Positions 34,397-44,828 of a stretch of 64,000 nt of DNA are shown here, one piece after another; position 1 is the first letter of the stretch; each line of letters begins with the position of its first letter. The stretch is taken from NCBI GenBank assembly GCA_963842405.1, contig CAWJGW010000064.1:24781-88780 (forward strand), given 5' to 3'. Under the pieces are notes generated by a model, which was not told the DNA's origin, searched no databases, and saw only the letters and a program-made list of their open reading frames with translations. The DNA comes from an uncultured Isosphaeraceae bacterium. GTDB lineage: Bacteria > Planctomycetota > Planctomycetia > Isosphaerales > Isosphaeraceae. Made by a program: the position numbers and the translations under genes.

Positions 34397-34480
34397 AACA
34401 GGGATAGTTTACTTGTCGCCGAATCGCCCGTCATCGGACGACCGAGATTCCACGTTAAGATCTGATGCGCGAAATAACGC

Positions 34481-36010
34481 CACTTCTCGCCGAACGCCAC
34501 TGGTAGCTTGACCCGGGATAAGCCGTTTTGCTCTTGAAAGTTAGGGCTTGCGTCCCCGTGAATGAGGATTGGACACCCCTCACCACGAAAGGACGCAAGC
34601 CTGGGCACCAATGCACCCACGACCGTCACTGTACCGGTCCTCTGCGCACCCAAGAAGGCCCCTTGCCCGACCTGTGGCAAACACGGCCACCGCGCACGGA
34701 AGTTGAATCCGCGGTTGGTCCGAACCGTGGCCTACAAGACCATCGTCTATCTGGAGATCACCTGTGGCGAGTATCGTGCGAAGTGCGATTGCTGCACGAG
34801 CTTCCGCAACACCCCCGAGGGCGTGCTCCCCAGGGCCCACTCTGACAACAAGGTCCGCGACTTGGTCCTGGATCGCATCCTCAAGGACGGCATGAACATC
34901 GAGCGGACCTTGGAATCGCTGCACCGCGAGTTCCTGCTCGATCTGTCCACGGGCTTCGTTTCCGATGTGCTCCGCGACCGCGTCGAGCAATTGGACCTGG
35001 CCCAACAGCGGCGCATGGTCCTGGAGAACTTCATCGGCACCCTCTGCGTAGATGAGGTGCATCTGGGTCAGTTTACTCAGTTGCTGGCGACCGACCCGAT
35101 CCGCGATTTGCCGGTGGCCTTCGCCTTGGTCAGTGCCAACGATCAGGATCACATGTGGGGGTTCCTCAAGAACCTCAAGAACTGGGGATTGATGCCCCGT
35201 GTCGTGATCACCGACGGCTCGAACCTCTACCCGGCCGTGCTCAGTGAACTGTGGTCCGAGGCGGACCATCAGTTGTGTGTCTTCCACATCATCAAGGAGA
35301 TCAACAAACTCATCCTCGATGGAGTGCGGCGGCTGCGGATGGCGATGAAGCGGCGGGGCCAGGGCGGGCGGAAGAAGAAGCGGGGCCGCAAAGGGGCCAA
35401 GTCCAGGGCCCGTCGCGGCTTGACGCTCAAGGAGAAGTCGGCCTTCGTGTTCAAACACCGGCACCTGATCGTGACGCGCCCGGAGAACCTCACCGAGTTG
35501 CAGTGCGACGACCCGAGACGGATGCAGGAGTACCTGCCCGCGTTGGCGACATTGCGGCGATTCGCCGAGCGGATCTACGGGCTCTTGGATACGCCCAAGG
35601 ACTACCACCAGGCGAGCTGCCGCCGCGCCCTGATCATCCGCGATCCGGCCGTTCGGGCCGTGCTCGAATTGAACAAAGCCTTGGAGCAATTGAGTGAGGA
35701 GAAGTTCCCCAAGATCATGGCCTACCTGAACAACCCGGTGAGCCAGCGGGTGCGGACCAACAATCATGTGGAGCGAACCAACCGGATGGTTCGGTTCTTG
35801 GAGAAAGTGAGGTACAAGTGGCATCGGAGAAAGACGCTGGTCCGCTTCGTGGTGTTGCGGCTGGACGACATCTGGAGCCATTGGGTTACGCCCGAGGCCA
35901 GGGAACCGAAATCTCCCAAGGTTGGCCGAGGACGCAGCAAATCGCAAGCCCCTACCGGGCAAGAACCGCGTCGCGTCGCATGAGAAGGTGGTGGCGTTCA
36001 GCGAGAAGTG
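34481..36010 (+). mobile_element. ISL3-like insertion sequence
   Basis: Terminal inverted repeats: CACTTCTCGCCGAACGCCAC (34481..34500) and GTGGCGTTCAGCGAGAAGTG (35991..36010), a 19/20 match, enclosing a single transposase ORF. No matching target duplication is present (AATAACGC versus TCGAATTA). Confidence 0.65.
34562..35983 (+). CDS. DDE transposase, ISL3-like
   Basis: Intact 473-aa ORF. N-terminal zinc finger CPTCGKHG..CGEYRAKCDCC. DDE-region motifs LCVDEVHLG, VITDGSNLYP, CVFHIIKEINK and TNNHVERTNRMVRF follow the ISL3 pattern as I remember it. Confidence 0.7.
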   Translation: MRIGHPSPRKDASLGTNAPTTVTVPVLCAPKKAPCPTCGKHGHRARKLNPRLVRTVAYKTIVYLEITCGEYRAKCDCCTSFRNTPEGVLPRAHSDNKVRDLVLDRILKDGMNIERTLESLHREFLLDLSTGFVSDVLRDRVEQLDLAQQRRMVLENFIGTLCVDEVHLGQFTQLLATDPIRDLPVAFALVSANDQDHMWGFLKNLKNWGLMPRVVITDGSNLYPAVLSELWSEADHQLCVFHIIKEINKLILDGVRRLRMAMKRRGQGGRKKKRGRKGAKSRARRGLTLKEKSAFVFKHRHLIVTRPENLTELQCDDPRRMQEYLPALATLRRFAERIYGLLDTPKDYHQASCRRALIIRDPAVRAVLELNKALEQLSEEKFPKIMAYLNNPVSQRVRTNNHVERTNRMVRFLEKVRYKWHRRKTLVRFVVLRLDDIWSHWVTPEAREPKSPKVGRGRSKSQAPTGQEPRRVA

Positions 36011-37182
36011 TCGAATTATTGAGGCTGCATGGACATACGGGCGCCGCCCTCGGCGTCTCGTTCAGCCCCGACGGCAACCGCCTTGCCTCGGGTGGTTACG
36101 ACAAGACCGTGAGACTCTGGGACCCCGCGACCGGCGAGAACATCCTCACGCTCCGCGGGCACAGCGACACGGTGTGGAGCGTCGCGTTCAGTCCCGACGG
36201 CCAGCAACTGGTCTCGGCCAGCTTCGAGAAGGAGGCGCGGATCTGGGACGCCTCGCCGGCCGAGGAAGTGACCGGGCCCGGCTTGTTTACGATCACCGGG
36301 CACACGGACCGCGTCAACAGCGTGGCCTTCAGCTCCGATGGCCGCTACCTCGCTTCGGGGAGCTGGGATTACACCGTGCGCCTCTGGGACGGCCATACCG
36401 GCGCGGAGGTCCGGACGATGGAGGGCCACAAGGGAGCCGTCTTCAAGGTCGCGTTCAGCCCGGATGGGACTCGCCTGGCCTCGGCAAGTTGGGATCATAA
36501 GGTGAAGGTCTGGGACACGTCAAGCGGTCAAGAGTTGCTGACGTTCTCGGGACACACGGCCCCGCTGCAAAGCGTGGCGTTCAGCCCGGATGGCAAGCGG
36601 ATCGTCTCGGGCGGTTTCGATGGCTTCATGCTCGTCTGGGATGCGGAGACCGGCAAAGTGAAGGCCACCTGCGACGGCTTCGTCTTCCCCTTCATGGCCG
36701 TGGCGTTCAGTCCCGACGGGACTCGCATCGCCTCCGGGAGTACCGACCGCTCGGTGCGGGTCTGGGACGCGGAGACCGGCAAGACTCAGCTCATCTTGAA
36801 TGGACATGAGGCCGCGGTCCAGGGAGTGGCGTTCAGCCCCGACGGGACTCGCCTCGCCTCGGCGAGCTGGGATCATACCGTGAAGGTCTGGGACGTCAGC
36901 TCGGAGCGGAGGCCCTTCACCCAGACCAGGGAACTCCTGACCCTGAAAGGACACGATGACCGCGTGAATGGGGTCGCCTTCGCACCCGATGGCAAACACA
37001 TCGCATCCACAAGCGATGACAAGACGATGCGTTTGTGGAACGCGGAGACGGGCCGGGAAGTGCTCCCGCCGCGCCGACACCGCGGCGTCGTATGGTCGGT
37101 CGCGTTCAGCCCCGACGGCAAACGCATCGCGACGGGCTGCTGGTCCAGCTCGGGCTGGGTGAAGACTTGGAACCTGGAATGA
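36011..37182 (+). pseudogene. 5'-truncated duplicate of the WD40 C-terminal region of the 23966..28237 gene
   Basis: The DNA is highly similar (mismatches every 10-20 nt by eye) to 27064..28237 from the first base after the IS right end. It translates to intact WD40 blades (ORF 35818..37182 from ..[25 protein letters not shown]) but has no kinase or start of its own. Confidence 0.8.
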
Positions 37183-37260
37183 ACGCCTGCCCCTGCCGGG
37201 GCATTTCCATGCTCCCCGCGAAGGCGTGGGAACCAGCTCACCCGATTTTTTCTGAGAGGA

Positions 37261-37377
37261 TGTGAAGAAATCGATTCCGAATGACAAATTTCGAATTGCG
37301 AATAGATAGAAAGCCTGATTTTAAAGGCATTTATGAATTCGCAATTCGCAATCTTCCATCGGATTTTTTCACAAGCT
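37261..37377. repeat. Low-GC palindromic element of about 120 bp, copy 1 (MITE/REP-like or structured RNA)
   Basis: TGTGAAGAAATCGATTCCGAATGACAAATTTCGAATTGCGAAT...ATTCGCAATTCGCAATCTTCCATCGGATTTTTTCACAAGCT. The arms are mutually complementary. A second copy lies at 61644..61767. Confidence 0.8.
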
Positions 37378-37708
37378 GTAAGTCGCAGAATATTGACATC
37401 CGCTGCTCCGTTCTCCATAATACGTGGAAGTTGCCGGCTCGTGACGGACGGGCAGTGCTAGGTTATGGCGGCCCGTCGTGCGATTCCTTGCACGAGCGGG
37501 TTTTTTTGTTGCGCATCGTGAGCGATCGTAAGTCGGCGCCCTGGCTCCCAGGCCGGGTGATGACGCCGGCCAGCAGTTTCATCCAGCCGGCAGAGAGCCG
37601 CGAGACGTCTCAAGCCATCCTAAACATCCGGCCCCACTCCTCCCGCTCGCTCACACCGCGGCCGAAAAGCTCCGTTCCTGCTGAACTATCACAAGGGAGC
37701 CATTGGCC

Positions 37709-40700
37709 ATGGCGCGCAGCTTGTCTCGTCCGTTTTCCGGCCTCTTATCCGCCTGCACGCCTCGCCACGCCCGCAAGGCGTCGAGCCAGCGACGCCGTCC
37801 TCGGCTCCGGGCCCTGGAGGGTCTCGAGGGCCGCGTCCTCCTGGCGGCCACGATCTACACGGTCAACGCGATCACCGATACCGGCGCAGGCTTGGGGACC
37901 ACGGGCGACCTGCTCTATTGCATCAACCAGGCCCACGCCAACTCGAACACCGCCGGCAGCCTGATCCAGTTCGACCCGACGGTCTTCGGCACGCCGCAGA
38001 CCATCACGCTCTCCAGCACCCTGACCCTCTCTGAAACCGCCGGTCCGGAGGTGATCAGCGGCCCTGGCACGGGCGTCGTGACGGTCAGCGGCAACAACGC
38101 CGTCGGGGTGTTCTCGGTGGCCAGCGGCGTGACGGCCAGCCTCACCGGCCTGACCATTTCGGGCGGGCTGGCCTCTCAGGGCGGCGGCCTCTCGGTCAAC
38201 GGCGGCACGGTCGCGCTCACGAATGTGTCCGTGATCGACAATCAAGCCGTGGGAGCCGGCGGAGCCCCCGGCCTCGCCGGAGGCCAATCGGGCCCCGGCG
38301 GTCCCGGTGGCGACGGCAGCAGCGGCCTGGGCGGTGGCCTCTACCTGGCAGGGGGCACTCTGACGCTGAACAACGACCTCATCGCTGGCAATGTCGCGAG
38401 GGGGGGTGCCGGGGGCACTGGCGGTCGCGGCGGCGCTGGCCGTAGCGGCATCATCGGAGGATCAGGCGGTGCCGGGGACAGTGGGGGATTGGCGGCCGGC
38501 GGCGGCATCTTTGTGGCTGGTGGGACCGTTGTCGCGAACAACGACGTCTTCGAGTCGAATCAAGTCATCGGTGGCGTGGGAGGGAACGGGGGCACTGGCC
38601 CCTCCAAACCCCATAGCCTTTCTCGGGGTGCCCCGGGGTCGGCGGGAGGTAAGGGTGGCAATGGCGGAGCCGGAGGCGCGGGCGAGGGTGGTGGGCTGTA
38701 TCTCTCGGCGGGAAATCTGACAATCGATATTTCCGATATCGAATCCAATCTTGCAACTGGAGGCGCGGGGGCGTCGGAGGTCGTGGGGGCAATGGAGGTC
38801 CCGGAGGTCTAGGACTTTCCGCCGGAATCCCCTGCAATATATAGTCGCCCTGCTCAGACGGGATCGGACGGTGGAAATGGCGGATCCGGAGGCAAGGGCG
38901 GTCTCGGAGGTGCTGGTGGCAACGGAGCTGGCGGCGGTCTTTATATCGCGGGCGGAAACATTGGCCTGCTTGGCGACACCCTCAGCACCAATTCCGCCCA
39001 GGGTGGACAAGGCGGACTGGGAGGCCAGGGCGGTCGCGGCGGAATCGGTGGCGGTGGCGGCCTGGGTGGTTCGGGTACCTTCGGTGAATTTGCATCGGAT
39101 TTTCAAGGCAAAGGAGGAAACGGTGGAACCGGCGGCGTAGGTGGTCGCGGTGGCAACGGTGGCAAAGGGGCCTCAGGGAACACCGGCGGCGCCGGGGGCG
39201 CGGCATACGGTGGCGCTTTATATGTCGCTCATGGTAGTGTCGAGTTGACCTTCGACACCCTCAACGCCAATTCGGCCATGGGGGGCCAAGGCGGACGCGG
39301 CGGTTTGGGTGGCGCTGGTTCCCAAGGAGGCCAGGGTGGTCCCGGTGGTATCGGCGGGCGTGGTGGCACGGGTGGACCAGGGGGTGTTGCTGTCACTTTC
39401 TCATATCCTCCTTCTTCCTTAGGGCCTCCTAGAAGCCACACGTACTATTACCCCCCTGGAACCGGTGGTACCGGAGGTGATGGCGGCCTGGGTGGTATTG
39501 GCGGTAACGGCGGTCGCGGTGCAACTGGTGGAGCCGGCGGAAACGGCGGGGCCGCTCAGGGGGGCGGTTTGTACGTTTCGGGCGGATCGGTCACCCTGTC
39601 CGACGACACGCTCAGCCGTAATTCCGCCCTGGGTGGTGCAGCGGCCTCCGGAGGCATGGGTGGTGCCGGTGGAACTGGCGGCGGAGGCGGTGCGGCAGGC
39701 CCCGGAGGAGATGGTGGCGGCAGGCGGACTTACCGACCGCTCGCACGGATTGACTGGATGTTGCGGCCCCAATGGTTCGCCAGGCAATCCGGGCCAGGCC
39801 GGTGGCAACGGCAATTCTGGCCCCGCAGGTCGTTCCGGGCCGGCCGGCGCAGCTCTGGCGGGGCCAACGGAGGAGGTCTTTATCTCGCCGGCGGCACTCT
39901 CAGCCTGGTTAACAGCACCATTGCCTACAATGACGTCGCCAGCGGTGGAGCGGGCGGAGGGCTGGAGGTCATCGCCGGCACGGCCGCACTGGACAACACG
40001 ATCGTCGCGCTCAACACCAACGGGATCGGCAGCGGTGCGCCGGCCGATGACATCGCCGGCGCTGTGTCCTCGGCCAGCGCGTACAACCTGATCGGCACCG
40101 GGGGTTCCGGCGGGCTGACCAACGGACTCAACGGCAACCAGGTCGGAGTCGTCCACTCGGGGCTTGGCACGCTGGCCGACAACGGCGGGCCGACCCAGAC
40201 CATCGCTCTCTTGCCCGGCAGTCCGGCCATCAACGCCGGCAGTAATGCTCTGGCCGTCGATGCGAATGGCAACGCCCTGGTCTACGACCAGCGCGGGGAC
40301 CGGCTTCCCTCGGATCGTGGGCGGGACCGTGGACATCGGGGCTTTCGAGGCACCGCTTCCCCCCAGCCAGGTCAGCGCGCTGCCCAGCGTCGAAACGAGC
40401 CTCAGCTTCACGGTCTCCGTCACCGGCTCCGACGCCCCGGATGCCAGTCCCTCCGGCCTCACGACGTTCGATCTCTACGTCTCGACCAACGGTGGGCCCT
40501 GGACGCTCTGGACGACCGTCCCGGCCTCCAACCCCACCGCCACCTTCACCGGTCAGAGCAACAAGGTCTACGCCTTCTACAGCATCGCCCACGACGAGGC
40601 CGGCTACACCGAATTGAAGAAGGCGACAGTCGAGGCCAGCACCGACCTGCCGTTCCTCAACGCGCCGGTGACCCAGGTGACATCCTCCAGCACCTACAAC

Positions 40701-41626
40701 GCGAACGGCACCTTCACTCTGAACTTGACCGGAACGGATACCGGCGGCAGCGGCCTGGCCTACTTCGAGGTCTATGTGGCGATCGATGCCCAGGCGCCGG
40801 TGCTGATCGGCCCGGCGATCCCGGCCGGGGTGGCCAACAGCCAGGGGACGTATCAGGCCACGATCAGCTACGGCATCCCGTTCAGCGACTACGGCGCATC
40901 GCACAGCTATCGGTTCTACAGCACCGGCATCGACGCGGCCGGGCTCATGGAGGCGGTCCACGCCGCACCCGGCGACGTCACCTTCTCCGAGTCCTACAGT
41001 GAGCCTGCGGCACGCAACTCGCGGTGAGCAGTTTGTCAGTCGAGAACGGCGCCGCCGAGCGGTCGTTCATCCAGGCCCTCGACCTCAATTTCAACGACGC
41101 CAATCCCAGCCTGCTCCAGGCGATCGTCAATTCGGTGAACAGCCCGACGGCCGGCAACCCAGCGGAGCTGACGCTGACCCAGTACAACCTCAACGGCGGC
41201 GGGGCTGGAACGCCGGTGTCGCTCCAGGGCCTGTTGACGGTGATCGACAATGCGATCGAGATCGACTTCGGCATTCGTGGGATCGGCGGCAATCCCGCGA
41301 CGACGACGGCCGACGGCTACTATGCGCTGTCGTTCACTCCGACGGGCAGCCAGCCGGGTGTGGGCTCGACGCATCACTTCTACCGGCTGCTCGGTGACGC
41401 GGAGGGCGTCGGCGTCGTGAATCAGAACGACCTGAACGCGATCGCGGCAGCCCGAGGGCAGTCGGTGAGCCAGATCGCCAACGCCATCGGCCAGCCGGCG
41501 ACCAGCCTGACGCCCCTGAGCATGGACGTCAACGGCGACGGCTCGGTCAACACGACCGATCTGGCGCTCGCCACCCGCTCCAAGGGCAACAAGCTATCGC
41601 TGCCACCGGGAGCGACGCTGGGGTAA
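37709..41626 (+). CDS. Giant secreted protein: glycine-rich beta-helix-like repeats, choice-of-anchor-Q-like region, Ig/FN3-like modules, dockerin-like C-terminus; frame-disrupted
   Basis: - ATG at 37709 follows AAGGGAG.
- The leader ..LRALEGLEGRVLLAATIYTV is a planctomycete LEDRxLLS-type motif.
- NNAVGVF..GLTISGG and long GGxGGxGG repeats in ORFs 37703..38812 and 39245..41002.
- ADNGGPTQTIALLPGSPAINAG...DQRG..PRIVGGTVDIGAFE in ORF 40164..41027.
- C-terminus in ORF 41024..41626 with DVNGDGSVNTTDL. Confidence 0.7.
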
Positions 41627-41733
41627 CTCGTCGTCGCCGGGCAGAAATGTCTGTTCCCGCGATCCCGGCGCGAATGGAGCGGGCGGACGACTCTGCCCGT
41701 CAGGCGACCGGCGGACAGAAACGGGAAGGCAGC

Positions 41734-42049
41734 TAGAGCGCTTTACGATTGTGTTGCGCACGCAATAGCGCAGGGATGTGCGGTCGTTCTCGCGGCCTGA
41801 ATGGCCGCCGGAGCCCAGCCCGGGGTGAAACCCCGGGACTCCGTCGCAGGCCCCTGGCATCGCACCCTGAAAGGGTGCCGGAGACGGGCCCTGCCGAGTC
41901 CTGCGGCCTTACAGGCCGCGGAGTCTCGGAGCGTCGGCCCGTCCCCGGGGTTTCACCCCGGGCTGGGCTCCTTGCGGCCCTTCAGGCCGCCGAAAGACCG
42001 CACACCACCACGATGTGTCGCGTGGTCCGTTCAATCGTAAAGCGCTCTA
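41734..42049. mobile_element. 316-bp MITE-like long palindromic element
   Basis: It has perfect 18-bp terminal inverted repeats: TAGAGCGCTTTACGATTG (41734..41751) and CAATCGTAAAGCGCTCTA (42032..42049). The interior is itself an imperfect palindrome (..GCCCAGCCCGGGGTGAAACCCCGGG.. / ..CCCCGGGGTTTCACCCCGGGCTGGGC..). It sits in the gap between two convergent genes. Confidence 0.65.
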
Positions 42050-42075
42050 AGACGCTGAGACTCCACCAGAAGCCA

Positions 42076-44320
42076 TCAGGCTTCTTGGATCGCCGATCCA
42101 CCGCCGAACCCCAGGAAGATCGCCTCGATTTCGCCGGCCGACAGCAATGTACCCTCGCGCGGCGAATCCACAATGGTGAACCCGTGGGCGCGGCCGTCGT
42201 ACCAGGGGTCGGCGTTTTCGTAGCCGGCGCGGGGTGGCTTTCGCGTGCCCGTGGCCGGGTCGGACACGCGGTCGTCCTCGCCGTACTCCTGCCGGCGATG
42301 CTCCGATTCGGCCCGGTCGAGGAGGCCCGCCAGCCCCAGGAGCGAGGCCCCGCTGTCGGGCGTCACCGAGAGGATACAACGGCGGGCGTGGCGCGGCGAC
42401 TCCGACACGAACACCGACAGACCCAGAAAGCCCACGCCGTTCGGCGATCGCTCCCGGTCGCTCCGCGCCCAGTCCTTGAGGAAGATGCTGCGCTCCGGGT
42501 CGTCCGGGTTCTGGACGTCGCGGACCAGGAGCGTCTCCACGTCCACCCGTCCGCCGAACTGTCCGGGCAGGCTCAACCGGACAACTCGCGCATGAGTCGC
42601 CGGGTCGGCCAGCTTGCGGTGGTAGCGCTCGACATCGGCCAGCACGTCCCGCCGGTCGCGTTCATCGAAGAGATCCGGGCAGGCGAAGGCGTCCACCGAG
42701 GGCAAGGCCATGCCTGCGCGGAGGCTGTGATCCAGGACATAGGCGATCAAGTTCAGCCCCTGCTGGACGCACTCGCGCCAGTACGGATGATCGGCCTGCC
42801 GACCCAGTCGCGCGTGACGATTGAGCAACTGCATGTAGGCCGCGTAGAGGGCGAACGGATGACTCAGCGTGTGACCGATCGAGCCCTCATCGATCTTGTC
42901 GGCGTACCGGGCCAGGGCTTCAGCGCCTGGAGGGAACTCGCCGGTGGTGAGAAGGACGACCGCGAGATAAGTCGATGCCACCGAGTCGAAGTCAGGCGCC
43001 TCGTGCAACACGATGGTGAACGGGGCAGCCGGGTCCGGGCGGGTCTGGACCGTGGCCGCGACGAGATCGGGGTTCGACAAGACGAGTCGGGCCGTCGAGC
43101 CGTCATAGGCGTGCCGTTGATGGTGGTCGATCACTCCGGGCCGGAGGTCGTTGCCGACGTCCAGGTACAACCGGTCCGGAGCCGGACCGATCGCCGCCGA
43201 CGAGCCGGCTCCTGTGAAGACGAACCGGATCGCATCGCGAGCAACGAGAGGGCGATTTCTCGGGACCGTCGCGGCTCGAGCCCGGTGGGGACGCTGCACC
43301 GGATCGGGACCTCGGTCGCTCTTCAGGTAGGCGTCCAGGTCGAAGGCCAGGTCCTCCATGCTGGGGTAGCGATCCTCGGGTCGGGGTGAGAGGGCCTTCA
43401 GGCAGATGGCATCGAGCGCCGGATCGACCTCGACCCGATGCCTCGAAGGGAGAACCGGCGGTGCGTCGTTCGGATCGGGGATGAATGGCCTGCGCGGGAT
43501 CGGAAAGGGTAGCTGCCGCGCCAGCCGTTCGTACAGGACGCATCCCAATGCGAAGATATCGCTGTGCGGACCGATGTTCTCGGAATCGCCGCGAAGCTGT
43601 TCGGGCGACGTGAATGCCAGCGTCCCGAGGAACTGGCCCGGCTCGGTCAATCGCGGCTCGGGGTCATCCATCAGCAGCGCCAGGCCGAAGTCGATCACGA
43701 CCGGGAGACCTTCGTGAGTCATCACGATATTTGAAGGCTTCAGATCGCGATGGATTACACCTTCACGATGGGCCGCCGCCATCGCGATCGCGACGTCCCG
43801 AATCATCGCGGCGCTCTCCCGGGGCGTGCTGCCCGGATATCGAGAGAGCCGGGTCCCCGGGACGTATCTCATCACGAGGTAGTCGGTACCGTTGACCTGG
43901 CCGACGTCGAGCACCCAGGCCAGGCCCGCATGGACCAGTCGGGCGGCATACCGGGCCTCGCGATAGAACCGCTCCTTTAGCTGAGGGTTATCGATGAGCC
44001 GAGGGCGGGGAACCTTCAAGGCCACCTTGATCTCGAGCTTGAGGTGCCTGGGCGAGGTAGACCGTCCCCATGCCGCCGCCGCCCAGCCACTCCAGGAGCC
44101 GATATCGGCCGAAATCCTGGGGAAAGGGGCCGTCTTTGTCGGGCATCGTCCAGACCGTGCTCGCCGAACCGGGAGGCTCGGCATCGACGGTCGTGCCAGC
44201 AGCCGAATCGTCGGTCAGCGACGACATGACAGGCGCCGGATCGCCGGACCCGGTCGTCAGCTCGGTCGGACCCGACGATCGTCGCTCCGGCGATGGCGAG
44301 GTGGGCTCGAGGCCGTCCAC
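42076..44320 (-). CDS. Ser/Thr protein kinase fused to an uncharacterised C-terminal domain of about 400 aa with DHH-like motifs; one frame disruption near the N-terminus
   Basis: ORF 43988..44320 ([22 protein letters not shown]) joins ORF 42076..44184 ([32 protein letters not shown]). The C-domain carries LYLDVGNDLRPGVIDHHQ and VLHEAPDFDSVAST. The start codon is uncertain (GTG at 44320). Confidence 0.75.
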
Positions 44321-44828
44321 AGAAGGCCCTCCGAATACCCTCGGTCGGGGTTACCTGGTCCGTTCAAAAGTTGTCGGTATCGAGGACAGTTTAGAGGGAA
44401 TGCTTCTTAGACTCAACTGTATTCTCCGCTGGTTTTCAGGGACTTTAGCACCATCACCGGGGAACATGAGGATGACGGCGTTCGGCCTGAGCCTTGAAGT
44501 CAGGGAGAAATACCTCTTGCTTGGAAGGGCGTTGCCATGCTTTGGCTTGGGAACGGAACACGGGGGATGAACTGGTAGAATGCTCTGTTGGAAGCGCGAA
44601 GCTAACCATTGGACGCCGTGGCGGATACGGTGATCCCAAAAATCTGAGATGCGAAACTGGGCCGAAAAGGCTCGCCCAGATAGTGGGGATGCATCTCCCC
44701 GACAAGCGTCTCATCGCGACCGCGACCGCACAGAGGGTAGAGATCGCCCGGAAGGGTCATTAGAATTGTCGTTCATCAGTCTCTCGACATCGAACAACCT
44801 ACCATCGCAAGCTCTGTGGTAATTACCC

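Noticed and set aside
38200-39900. Highly repetitive GGC/GGT-rich DNA that could be a microsatellite or an expansion array.
   Set aside because: It translates in the gene's frame to GGxGGxGG beta-helix-type repeats interleaved with NSA.GG / GGGLYV motifs. This is protein low complexity, not a non-coding tandem repeat.
44321-44828. Small ORFs in the intergenic region upstream of the MTase (44494..44763 +, 44454..44714 -, 44070..44570 +).
   Set aside because: They are mutually overlapping and have no motifs or ribosome-binding sites. The region is more likely regulatory or remnant DNA.
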